From an uncultured Acidobacteriota bacterium (GTDB taxonomy: Bacteria; Acidobacteriota; Terriglobia; Bryobacterales; Bryobacteraceae): a DNA stretch of 64,000 nucleotides. Within the stretch, counting starts at the first letter, position 1. Each line of letters begins with the position of its first letter. A program made the translations under genes and the position numbers. The DNA lies in the NCBI GenBank assembly GCA_963799805.1, contig CAWCYF010000001.1:835179-899178 (forward strand). Direction: 5' to 3'. Shown one piece after another: positions 19,676 to 29,367 of this stretch. Below the pieces are notes generated by a model, which did not search any database, was not told the origin of the DNA, and saw only the letters and a list, made by a program, of their open reading frames with translations.

Positions 19676-20560
19676 TCAGGCAAACGTTCCACCGGTAAAA
19701 GCATGGGCGGAGTGCGAGCCCAGTTCTCGACGCCTGTAAGCATTCAGATGTCACTTCATTCGATTGGCTTCTTCCGCGATTTCGAAGAGATCATCGGGCA
19801 TCCTTCGGGTTATCGCGCGCAAGGGTATCTGTTATCAGATTCAGGTGAACGAAGGGCTGTCAAATACTGTGCTGGGATCGCAACGAGATCATGCGCATAT
19901 CCCCGCAATTGCGCTCCGATGATATCGTAGGGAAGCTTTTGCCCGACCGATGGATTCGTCGATCCATACAGCGTAATGACGGGATTCATGCTGCGGGCGC
20001 GGGATCAAGGCGCGTGGTGGATGTGCGACACCACTGTGACCGGAATCGACCTGGATGCATGGAGGGTAACAGGTGTCCAGACGACTCGGGGAGCATTAGC
20101 GACCCCGTGGTGGTGAATGCAGCGGGAGCTTGGTCCGCTCACGTTTCAAAGATGGCTGGCGTGGATCTCCCCGTTGTGCCGCTGCGACGGATGCTTGTAC
20201 CGACGGAGCCTTTCGACAGGATTGCGCGGAGCGCGCCCATGACCATTGACATGACGACGGGATTCCATTTTCGTCCTGAGAGCTTGGGCCTATTGCTCGC
20301 CTGGGTCGATCCGGAGGAGACGCCCGGGTTCAAGACCAGCTTCGATCGTACCTTCATCGAAAAGATTCTCACGCGGGGAGTGGCTGCCGGCGCTCGAAGA
20401 AGCCGAAGTGAATCCTGCGCGGGTTGGGCTGGGTTGTACGAAATGACACCGGACCACCATCCCATTCTCGGTCCCGTTCCGGCGTCGAAGGATTCTATCT
20501 GGCGACAGGATTCAGCGGGCTTGGAGTCATGCACTCACCGGCTACCGGGAAAATATAGGA
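19676..20560 (+). pseudogene. FAD-dependent oxidoreductase (DAO/sarcosine-oxidase-beta-like), 5' and 3' truncated and frameshifted
   Basis: Frames read GGVRAQFSTPVSIQMSLHSIGFFRDFEE..., VVNAAGAWSAHVSKMAGVDLPVVPLRR... and then, after a switch, YEMTPDHHPILGPVP... The GxGxxG N-terminus and the last ~60 aa are absent. Confidence 0.65.
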
Positions 20561-20611
20561 AAGGGTGTTCTCAATCTCAAAATGTGATGTTCAGATGACC
20601 CATAATGTGAT

Positions 20612-21844
20612 ATGGGCGGGTCCAATATGGATCAAAAAAAGACGCTGCAAACCGGGACAGCTTACGGACTCGCCGCGCCTTCTTATCGCTCCGATCTGAC
20701 TCTGGTATCGGCGGGAACTAAGTGCGGTGAATTTCTGCGCCGCTATTGGCATCCGGTAGGTCTTTCGGCTGATGCTACGGAACGCCCCATTCGAGTCCGC
20801 GTCCTGGGCGAGGATCTGATCCTCTTCCGCGATCGCGCCGGGCATCCCGGGTTGCTATATCCGAGATGCGCTCACCGCGGTACCAGTCTTTACTACGCGC
20901 GCGTAGAGCAGCGAGGAATCCGCTGTTGCTACCACGGGTGGCTGTTCGACGTTGAAGGCCGCTGCCTAGAGCAGCCCTGTGAACCGAACGCCGGAGAACG
21001 GATCCGCGACCGCATCCAGCAACCATGGTATCCGGTGAGGGAACAATACGGACTCATTTTTGCTTACCTTGGTCCGCCGGAGCGTAATCCGGTGCTTCCG
21101 CGCTACGACATCCTGGAGGAACTAGAAGAGGGCGAATATATCGAGAGCGATTCCTCCAGTATTGGCAGCGGCGGAGCCGCAATCGTTCCCTGCAACTGGC
21201 TCCAGCATTTTGAGAACGTGATGGATCCCCTTCACGTTCCGATTCTGCATGGCTCCTTTAGCGGCCCGCAATTCGCAACCCAGATGGCCCAGATGCCGGA
21301 AGTCGAGTATTCGGTCACCGAACGCGGAACGAAGTGCGTCCAGATCCGCAAACTTGAAGACGGCCGGACCTTTCACCGCATTACGGAAGTGATTCTGCCA
21401 ACCTTGCGCGTAGTGCCTAGTCCCCGTGTTTCGTCCTATGGCCGCGCGGCTTCAATCGGCTGGGTAATGCCCATCGACGATACGAGCTTCCGAATCTATG
21501 TGGCCGGACGTGTTCGCCATCCTGGCGAACTGCGCCAACAGACGTCGACTTTCAATGGGAAACGTTGGGCCGAACTGACTGAAGAGGAGCATCAACGACT
21601 GCCTGGCGATTATGAGGCACAGACCGGCCAAGGCCCAATCACCTACCATTCCCAAGAGCACTTGGTGTCGAGCGATCGGGGGGTTTCGATGGTGCGCCGC
21701 GCGCTCAAGCAGCAGATCGACGCGGTATCTTCCGGTATTGACCCGGTCGGCACGAATTTCGACCTAAACGCCGGGATGGTGCGCACCGAGGCTGGCAATT
21801 ATCTGCTCGCGAACGGGGATTCGCGAGGGATCCGTTCAATATAG
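20612..21844 (+). CDS. Rieske [2Fe-2S] aromatic-ring-hydroxylating oxygenase, alpha subunit (phthalate/vanillate-type family)
   Basis: Contains the Rieske motif CAHRGTSLYY...CCYHGW and the mononuclear-iron motif NWLQHFENVMDPLHVPILH. An alternative start at ATG 20627 is possible. Confidence 0.85.
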   Translation: MGGSNMDQKKTLQTGTAYGLAAPSYRSDLTLVSAGTKCGEFLRRYWHPVGLSADATERPIRVRVLGEDLILFRDRAGHPGLLYPRCAHRGTSLYYARVEQRGIRCCYHGWLFDVEGRCLEQPCEPNAGERIRDRIQQPWYPVREQYGLIFAYLGPPERNPVLPRYDILEELEEGEYIESDSSSIGSGGAAIVPCNWLQHFENVMDPLHVPILHGSFSGPQFATQMAQMPEVEYSVTERGTKCVQIRKLEDGRTFHRITEVILPTLRVVPSPRVSSYGRAASIGWVMPIDDTSFRIYVAGRVRHPGELRQQTSTFNGKRWAELTEEEHQRLPGDYEAQTGQGPITYHSQEHLVSSDRGVSMVRRALKQQIDAVSSGIDPVGTNFDLNAGMVRTEAGNYLLANGDSRGIRSI

Positions 21845-21893
21845 CGTGACCCCATGAAGGACCATAACGGGGACCGATGAGCAACGGGCACCG

Positions 21894-23267
21894 ATGAGCG
21901 AAGCTTCGACTTTAGACGTGCGGCAGTTCATCGACGACCAGCCGTTCAGCCGCTATCAGTTCATGGTGGTCGGCCTGTGTGTCCTGGCTGTCGTCATGGA
22001 GGGATTCGACGCTCAGGCGATGGGATACGTCGCGCCGGTCGTTTCCCGCGAATTGCACATCACGCGAGCGGCTCTAGGCCCGGTCCTGTCAAGCGGACTG
22101 GTGGGAATGATGATAGGCGCTCTGGCCTTGGGTCCGTTCGGCGATCGGGTGGGGCGCAAATCCATTCTTCTTTTTTCGATCTTGCTGGTCGGTATGGCTT
22201 CGCTGCTGACCGCGACGGCTACTTCGTTGGACTCGCTACTGGTGTTTCGCCTGTTAACCGGTTTGGGGCTGGGCGGATCGCTGCCGAACCTGGTGGCTCT
22301 GAACTCGGAATACACGCCCCAGCCGCTCAGAGCGACCGCGATCGTGATCGCAGGCTGCGGCTTTTCGATCGGCGCGACTATCGGAGGCTTCGCGTCGGCC
22401 GGATTGCTGGAATGGTCCGGCTGGCGATCGGTATTTGTGGTGGGTGGCATTTTGCCTTGCGCAGTCGCGGTCGTACTATTCCGATGGCTCCCCGAGTCGA
22501 TCCGGTTTCTCGTTGAAAAGGGTGGGGAAGAGCAGAAAGTGAGGCGTGCTTTATCGAGAATCGCGCCGGGAGTATCCATATCACCGGCGATGGTATTTCT
22601 GGCGGGGGAGCGGCGCGTGAACGGGTTCACCGTAAAGCAGCTTTTCACAGGTGGCCGTGCGGGATTGACCCTCGTGATTTGGGTCATTTTCTTTATGAGT
22701 CTGTTGGATGTTTATTTCCTGAACAACTGGCTTCCAACGGTGATGCATGACACCGGAATCGCATTGCACAAGGCGATCACGATCACGGCAATGTTTCAGG
22801 CCGGAGGCACGATCGGGGCGCTCACGCTAGGGCGGCTTATCGATCGATTCTCGTCCTTTCGAGTCTTAGCGTGGGCCTATCTGGCCGGGGGCGTATGCGT
22901 ATTTGTTATCGGTGCGGTCGGCGCCTCGGTGGTCCTGATCACTTGTGCTGTATTCGGAGCCGGATTTTGCGTGGTTGGGGGCCAGATCGGAGCCAACGCG
23001 CTAGCAGCCGAAGCCTATCCGACTAGCGTTCGCTCCACCGGCGTAGGATGGGCTCTCGGAATCGGCAGGATCGGCTCCATTGCTGGGCCGCTTTTGGGGA
23101 ATATGTTGCTATCCAGCACGGGTGGCGTCCGTCACGTTTTCTCAGCAGCGGCGCTCCCTGTTCTGGTGGCCGGCATTGCAGGATTTTTCGCAGGCAACTC
23201 CCCGTCATTATCGGTCAGAACAACGGGAGCCGATGGACACACTCGAATAGCGACAGCTTTGGAGTGA
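21894..23267 (+). CDS. MFS transporter, aromatic-acid/H+ symporter-like
   Basis: 457-aa ORF with about 12 hydrophobic segments and the MFS loop motif GPFGDRVGRK. Confidence 0.85.
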   Translation: MSEASTLDVRQFIDDQPFSRYQFMVVGLCVLAVVMEGFDAQAMGYVAPVVSRELHITRAALGPVLSSGLVGMMIGALALGPFGDRVGRKSILLFSILLVGMASLLTATATSLDSLLVFRLLTGLGLGGSLPNLVALNSEYTPQPLRATAIVIAGCGFSIGATIGGFASAGLLEWSGWRSVFVVGGILPCAVAVVLFRWLPESIRFLVEKGGEEQKVRRALSRIAPGVSISPAMVFLAGERRVNGFTVKQLFTGGRAGLTLVIWVIFFMSLLDVYFLNNWLPTVMHDTGIALHKAITITAMFQAGGTIGALTLGRLIDRFSSFRVLAWAYLAGGVCVFVIGAVGASVVLITCAVFGAGFCVVGGQIGANALAAEAYPTSVRSTGVGWALGIGRIGSIAGPLLGNMLLSSTGGVRHVFSAAALPVLVAGIAGFFAGNSPSLSVRTTGADGHTRIATALE

Positions 23268-23290
23268 ACTGTCGTTCCGTGGAACTGAAT

Positions 23291-23420
23291 ATCAAATAAC
23301 AGTATGAAGGAGGTCAAAAGGCGGGACTCACATTTGTTTGATGAAACCGCTGTTTCCCCGGATCTAAATTCGAGGAGTGGAACGCAGGAAGGAAAGCCGC
23401 CAGGCCAGCCAGTTGCCCGT
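23291..23420. repeat. copy B of the diverged ~130-bp direct repeat (orphan 3' end of a paralogue of gene 9303..10136)
   Basis: It shares the same ordered sequence blocks as 9278..9406. The minus frame reads FGTGNWLAWRLSFLRSTPRI-stop, against FAAGELAGVAAFLHAFRGSN in the intact gene. Confidence 0.6.
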
Positions 23421-23440
23421 ACCGAAAATAACTCTATCAC

Positions 23441-23803
23441 ACCGGCGGCGTAAGCGGGTTATGGAAGGTTGCGGCTACGGCGAATGTCTCATCGATCTCC
23501 ATGGCGCCCCACGCGTGCGAAGGTCCGATCGGCGGACTTGCGACGATTCACGTGGACGCGGCCATGCCGAACTTCGTGGTGCAGGAGATCTGCGGGCAGG
23601 TCAAGCCGAACGCCGCAGATAAAGTCTGGGAGGAATGGTTCGGATTCCCGGCGATGCGAATGGTGGATGGACGATTTCCCCTATCCGAGAAGCCTGGTTT
23701 CGGTTTTGAGTTATCGGAAGCGAGTCTTGCGAAATTCCCATTTGGCGGTACGCGTCCGATGGCTCGGGTGTTTCACGAGGATGGTTCGGTGGCCGAGTGG
23801 TAG
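23441..23803 (+). pseudogene. C-terminal fragment of an enolase-superfamily (mandelate racemase / galactonate dehydratase-like) enzyme
   Basis: HTGGVSGLWKVAATANVSSISMAPHACEGPIGGLATIHVDAAMPNFVVQEI...PGFGFEL is present. The N-terminal two thirds of the enzyme are missing. Confidence 0.6.
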
Positions 23804-23972
23804 ATTCAAGTTCGCCAAAGAGGACCGTCCCGGGCGGTTTTCCTGCGATGGCGATCAATGCAGAGTCATGTGCCGCGCGGGGCTTATTATAATCACCGGG
23901 TGAGCCGCATGCCTAATTCTGCACGTACGGATCTGTGCGCGCAACGATGGGCAACCACCGTCCCTACCACAA

Positions 23973-24460
23973 CTAAACCACCGTTTTTCGAACGGCTGAG
24001 ATTTTTAACGACGGCAGTGCGACCGATGCGGTCGCGGGGAGTTGTGACTCGAGCCAGTCCAGTCCGCTCCGGCTCGCACACCGGAGCTCTATAATCTGAA
24101 CATTCGCTGGATCCGCGAACGCCTTACGAAAGAACCGCTTGGCTGAAGCAGCATCGCGCTTCGCCGTGAGCAGGAAATCAATAGTCTGCCCGGTTAAGTC
24201 CACTGCCCGATACAGATACCGGTCTTGAACTTTCACCTTAATATAGGTTCGTCGACCAGGTAGGATTTATTCGTCGACTTCAGCTGAGGACGGCAGCGCC
24301 TATCGAGTTCCAGCCCGAAGACTTGGATCCAGCGCCTTCATGAGATCCGCCACCTGCCGGTAGCTCAGCGGGGGTCGCAAGTACCAACGCACACAGACCA
24401 GGATGATTGGGCCTTCGTAATGCCGCCAAAAGAATGGATCGGAGGGCCGAATGGGCATCG
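23973..24460 (-). mobile_element. IS6-family transposase remnant (internal deletion, no intact ORF)
   Basis: MPIRPSDPFFWRHYEGPIILVCVRWYLRPPLSYRQVADLM is N-terminal IS6-like. ...TYIKVKVQDRYLYRAVDLTGQTIDFLLTAKRDAASAKRFFRKAF is the DDE-region start. The middle and C-terminus are missing. Confidence 0.6.
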
Positions 24461-24986
24461 CGTTACCCTTACCGCAGCCCCATTTCCGGTTTTCGCAACA
24501 CAGCCCCTCCCTAGAGACCGGCGACGGTGATGTAACAAACTGTTCCGATTTGTTTCCAGGCCCGTGGTCATATACTTCCCACGTTTCCCAGGGCCAAAGA
24601 TAGACATAGAGGTTGCGCAGGTGCTTGCTGTTGACTTCTGCGGCCTGATCGCCCAGAATCGGGAGATTCTCGCCTTGACTCGTCACCTTCTCCAGAGCAA
24701 TGGATGTGTTGACCTGTAGTAGCCAGAACTTGATCTGACAAACAAGATCAACAAGCGGCGAGAGCGGCCGGCGCGTCTCGATCTATCGGAAATGTCAGAT
24801 CAAGTGGTGACTAGTACATTCAAGCCGATAGAGCCGCCTGCAGCATGGCCCGGGCATAACCGACGTTGTAGGCGAATGCTGCATAACCGCCGGCGCCCGG
24901 AGAAGTCGATTTGAAATTCAGCTGCTGGCGATCATAGTCTATGGCGCGCGGATGCTCAGGGTAGACTCGACGCGGATATTTCTGCC

Positions 24987-25330
24987 TCACCAGTTCTTTC
25001 GTGACGAAGAACATATTGTTCTCGCCTTCGGTGTGCCACCCACCCATTTGCCCTTGCGCCTTGCCGCCGCCATCTTATCTCGCGTTCTGTCGGCGATCAT
25101 CTGCCGTTCAAATTCCGCAAACGAGAGCAAAATATTCAGCGTCAGCCGGCCGAGCGACCCAGTGGTATTCAGCGGCTGCGTAACCGATACCAGGCTGACC
25201 TGATGTTTTTCGAAGATCTCCATCAGCCGCGCGAAATCCAGCAGCGATCGGCTGAGCCGGTCGACTTTGTACACCAACACGCAATCGATTCTCCTGGCTT
25301 GGATGTCGACGAGCAGTTGGCGGAGCGCCG
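24987..25330 (-). pseudogene. serine recombinase (resolvase/invertase) catalytic-domain fragment
   Basis: RPALRQLLVDIQARRIDCVLVYKVDRLSRSLLDFARLMEIFEKHQVSLVSVTQPLNTTGSLGRLTLNILLSFAEFERQMIADRTRDKMAAARRKGKW is present. The catalytic-Ser N-terminus and the C-terminal DNA-binding part are missing. Confidence 0.65.
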
Positions 25331-25608
25331 GGCGACTTAAAGAAGCCCAGCGAGTTCATGTAGAGGAGACCTTCACGCAGCTTCTCCAAGTGTTCCCTTT
25401 GGCCGAGTTTAATCAGGAGCATACAATCTTCGCCCGTTTTTGTCCTGAGGCTCATAATTGATTATCCCTTCCCAACGTTGTCCGGTCGCAGAACCTAAGG
25501 CAACTCCCTTGACGAAGTATCGGGGACTTAGAAATGATTGTCTGCACAGACAAACTGACCCACTGCCCGGCCGTGACGTTCTGATGCAATTCATGTAATA
25601 GTTTTTAC

Positions 25609-27429
25609 ATGAGCGCCACTCAAACCTTGCATGCCCTGAGCGAAAATACGCATCTTCTCAAATGGGTGGAGAAGATGGCCCGGCTAACGAAGCCCGATTC
25701 GATTCATTGGGTCGACGGCTCCAAAAGGGAGTACGATGAACTGTGTGCCCAAATGGTCGCCTCCGGCACATTTATCAAGCTGAACGAAAAACTTTGGCCC
25801 GGTTGTTACTATGCGCGCTCGGATGCGGGCGATGTCGCTCGCGTGGAGGACCGCACCTTTATCTGCTCGCTCTCAAAAGACAACGCGGGACCTACGAATA
25901 ATTGGGAAGATCCCTTCAAAATGCGCCGCAAGTTGAAGGAACTTTTCCACGGCTGCATGCAGGGGCGCACCATGTATGTGCTGCCGTTCAGTATGGGCCC
26001 GGTTGGATCGCCGATGTCGCAGATCGGCGTTCAGCTTACCGACTCGCCTTACGTGGTCGTGAACATGCGCATCATGGCGCGAATCGGTCTGCCCGTTTTT
26101 AAGGAAATTGACAAGGACATAAAACGAGTCGTCCCTTGCCTGCACAGCGTAGGTTATCCGCTCAAACCTGGGGAGAAGGACGTGCCCTGGCCGTGCAATA
26201 CAGAGAAGTACATCGTCCATTTCCCGGAGACGCGCGAGATTTGGTCCTACGGCTCGGGGTATGGTGGGAACGCGCTTCTCGGCAAAAAATGTTTCGCTCT
26301 GCGCATCGCCTCCAACATCGCGCGCGATGAGGGCTGGATGGCTGAGCACATGCTGATTGTCGGCGTAGAGAGCCCGACCGGCGAAAAAACTTACGTAGCC
26401 GCAGCGTTCCCCAGCGCCTGCGGCAAAACCAATTTTGCGATGATGATTCCGCCGAAAGGATTTGAGGGGTGGAAGGTCTGGACGGTCGGAGACGATATCG
26501 CCTGGATCAAGCCGGATGCCAGCGGCCGCTTGCGCGCTATTAATCCCGAGGCAGGATTTTTCGGAGTCGCGCCCGGTACATCGAAGATGACCAATCCTAA
26601 TGCCATGGCGACGCTCGCGAAGAACAGCATTTTTACGAATGTGGCGCTAACTCCCGAAGGTGGAGTCTGGTGGGAGGGCATGACCGATAAGCCTCCAGCC
26701 GAGTGCACGGACTGGCAGGGACAGAAATGGACCCCGGAGATTGCGAAGAAGACCGGCGCGAAAGCCGCACATCCGAATGCCCGTTTTACCGCGCCCGCCT
26801 CGCAGTGTCCCTCCATCGATCCTGCATGGGAAGATCCTGAAGGCGTGCCCATCGGCGCCATCATCTTCGGTGGACGCAGGGCCGCAACCATGCCTCTGGT
26901 CTATCAGGCCTTCAATTGGAGTGCCGGCGTGTACATGGGCGCGACCATGGGGTCGGAGACGACCGCCGCTGCCGCGGGCGCCATCGGAAGGATTCGCCGC
27001 GATCCGATGGCTATGCTGCCGTTCTGCGGCTATCACATGGGAGATTATTTCCGGCACTGGATTCAGATGCAGCGCGCGCTCAGCGAGACGCCCCGTATTT
27101 TCGAGGTGAACTGGTTTCGTAAAGATGCCAACGGCAAATTCATATGGCCGGGCTTCCGCGAAAACATGCGCGTCCTCAAATGGATCGTGGATCGCGTGCG
27201 GGGCCGCGCTGCGGGGAAAGAAACGCCTATCGGCTGGATGCCGCGGTATGAGGATATCGAATGGAAGGGGCTCGATTTCCCGAAAGAAAAGTTTGATGAA
27301 TTACAGGCATTCAATCGCGACGAATGGCGCTCCGAAGTGATCGATCACGAACATCTCTTTATTGAGTTGCACGACCACTTGCCGCCCGAGATCGTGTACG
27401 AGCGCGAGCTATTGATCTGTCGGCTCTGA
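25609..27429 (+). CDS. pckG: phosphoenolpyruvate carboxykinase (GTP)
   Basis: Intact 606-aa ORF with hallmark segments [26 protein letters not shown] and NWFRKD. Confidence 0.95.
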   Translation: MSATQTLHALSENTHLLKWVEKMARLTKPDSIHWVDGSKREYDELCAQMVASGTFIKLNEKLWPGCYYARSDAGDVARVEDRTFICSLSKDNAGPTNNWEDPFKMRRKLKELFHGCMQGRTMYVLPFSMGPVGSPMSQIGVQLTDSPYVVVNMRIMARIGLPVFKEIDKDIKRVVPCLHSVGYPLKPGEKDVPWPCNTEKYIVHFPETREIWSYGSGYGGNALLGKKCFALRIASNIARDEGWMAEHMLIVGVESPTGEKTYVAAAFPSACGKTNFAMMIPPKGFEGWKVWTVGDDIAWIKPDASGRLRAINPEAGFFGVAPGTSKMTNPNAMATLAKNSIFTNVALTPEGGVWWEGMTDKPPAECTDWQGQKWTPEIAKKTGAKAAHPNARFTAPASQCPSIDPAWEDPEGVPIGAIIFGGRRAATMPLVYQAFNWSAGVYMGATMGSETTAAAAGAIGRIRRDPMAMLPFCGYHMGDYFRHWIQMQRALSETPRIFEVNWFRKDANGKFIWPGFRENMRVLKWIVDRVRGRAAGKETPIGWMPRYEDIEWKGLDFPKEKFDELQAFNRDEWRSEVIDHEHLFIELHDHLPPEIVYERELLICRL

Positions 27430-27436
27430 TTACCGG

Positions 27437-28294
27437 CTACCCTTCGATCTCGCTCATTTCCTTCGGGTCGAGCTTCAGCCCTGCCGCGCCCACGTTTTCT
27501 TCGAGGTGTGCGACCGATGAAGTCCCGGGAATGGGAACGATAACAGGCGAATGTTGAAGAAGCCAAGCCAGCGCTACCTGCGCTACAGTCGCGCGATGAC
27601 GCTTGGCGATTTGATCCAGCGGTCCTCCCGCGCGGACGAGCTTACCGGCTGCAAAGGGAAACCATGGAATGAAAGCCAATCCGTGCTGCTGACAGTACTG
27701 AACTACGCTTTCGTGCGTGCGATCGCCGAGGTTATATTGATTTTGCACACTGACAATGGGAATGATTTTGCGCGCGCGCTCGATCTCTTTGGTTGAAACT
27801 TCGGATAACCCGATGTGCCGGATCTTACCCGCTTTCTGCATTTCTTTGAGCGCTCCCAGCGATTCTTCCATGGGAACTTTCGGATCGAAGCGATGGAGCT
27901 GGTAAAGATCGATCCGCTCCAGCCGTAACCGCCGAAGACTCATTTCGACACACTGCGTCAGGTATTCGGCCCGCCCTACGGGAGCCCACTTGCCGGGACC
28001 CTGGCGCGTGAGGCCGCCCTTGGTCGCAATCACCAATCCTTTCAGATAGGGATAAAGTGCGTCCGCAATCGTGGTCTCATTCACGTCTGGCCCATAACTG
28101 TCGGCGGTGTCGATGAAATTGATATCGAGCTCAATGGCGCGCTTCAAAACCCTGCGAGCCTCCTCGGGATTCTTCGGGTCGCCCCAGACGCCTTCCCCAA
28201 CCAGGCGCATGGCGCCGAATCCGAGACGATTTATAGTGAGGTCGCCGCCGAGAGTCAGGCGCCCGCTTTCCGTTGCATGAATGGCTGTAGTCAT
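27437..28294 (-). CDS. aldo/keto reductase
   Basis: Intact 285-aa ORF with GFGAMRL, INFIDTADSYG, IDLYQLHR and IGLSEV, typical of the AKR family. Confidence 0.9.
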   Translation of the reverse strand: MTTAIHATESGRLTLGGDLTINRLGFGAMRLVGEGVWGDPKNPEEARRVLKRAIELDINFIDTADSYGPDVNETTIADALYPYLKGLVIATKGGLTRQGPGKWAPVGRAEYLTQCVEMSLRRLRLERIDLYQLHRFDPKVPMEESLGALKEMQKAGKIRHIGLSEVSTKEIERARKIIPIVSVQNQYNLGDRTHESVVQYCQQHGLAFIPWFPFAAGKLVRAGGPLDQIAKRHRATVAQVALAWLLQHSPVIVPIPGTSSVAHLEENVGAAGLKLDPKEMSEIEG

Positions 28295-28581
28295 GTCTTT
28301 ATGTTGTCATATCAAGCGTTTTCACCAATAGCCGCGCACGGGCACTCTGTTATCATTGTTCTGGAGCGTTTCTGCTGAGTTTGTGTGCGGTCTCTAAAAA
28401 TTGATCCAACATTCAATGTCATGGGGTCCGGCTCGATATCGTGCCGGTGAGCATGCTCCGGCGGGAAACCGCCATGGAGAAGCCTGAAGGCGCGCGGAGG
28501 ACTCCCCCTTGTTACTTCGGGGTCAAATGACAGGGGCTGTGACGGCTGAGTGGGGCGCTCCATTATCCGTATTTTCCTTTC

Positions 28582-29362
28582 TTGACGAATCTTCTTTTCA
28601 TCGGGGATATTTTCGCTTCGCCTGGCCGGGGAATGGTCGCGCGTCATCTGCACGACATCATCGCATCCGAACATATCGATTTGAGCGTCGCGAACGCTGA
28701 AAATTCTGCTGGAGGCTTCGGCGTTACTCCGCAGCTCGCCGATGAACTATTTGGATACGGTCTGGACGTCCTCACCAGCGGAAACCACATCTGGGATAAA
28801 CGAGAGATTTACGACTATCTTCCAGGGCAGCCCCGGCTGCTGCGTCCGGCCAATTACGTCGAGAGCCTTCCAGGACGGGGAGTCGTGGTGGTGCAGGCCC
28901 GCAACGGGGTCGATTGCGCCATTCTCAACCTGCAGGGGCGCGTTTATATGCCCAATACGGACTGCCCTTTTCGCAAAGCCGACGAGCTCATCGAAGCTCT
29001 GCCCGCGGCCGTTCAGGGTCCGCCTCGTCGATTTTCACGCCGAGCTGACCAGCGAAAAGATGGCCATGGGATGGTACCTCGACGGACGGGTATCGGCCGT
29101 GCTCGGCACGCATACCCATATTCCGACCGCGGACACCCGGATTCTTACGAACGGCACGGCCTATCAGACCGATGTGGGCATGACCGGACCCTATCATTCG
29201 GTGATCGGGGTCGATAAAAATATCATCCTGCAGCGCTTCCTGACGCAGTTGCCGATGCGCATGGAAGCGGCACGGCATGGGGCCGAGCTGCACTCGGTGA
29301 TCGTCGAAGTGGACGAGTCGACGGGGCGGGCAACAGCTATTCGCAGATACACTGTAGTTTAG
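28582..29362 (+). pseudogene. ymdB: YmdB-like metallophosphoesterase (2',3'-cyclic-nucleotide phosphodiesterase family), one frame switch near 29010
   Basis: NLLFIGDIFASPGR...[11 protein letters not shown]...SGNHIWD lies in ORF 28582.. and [36 protein letters not shown]...[10 protein letters not shown] in ORF ..29362. Confidence 0.8.
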
Positions 29363-29367
29363 ACTCA

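Noticed and set aside
28300-28581. Possible remnant of an RNase Y C-terminus upstream of the ymdB-like gene (frame reading ...VSMLRRETAMEKPE vs the VTVIRETRAVEY-type ending)
   Set aside because: The resemblance covers about 12 residues and needs a gap. There is no room for the rest of the gene. This is too weak to call.
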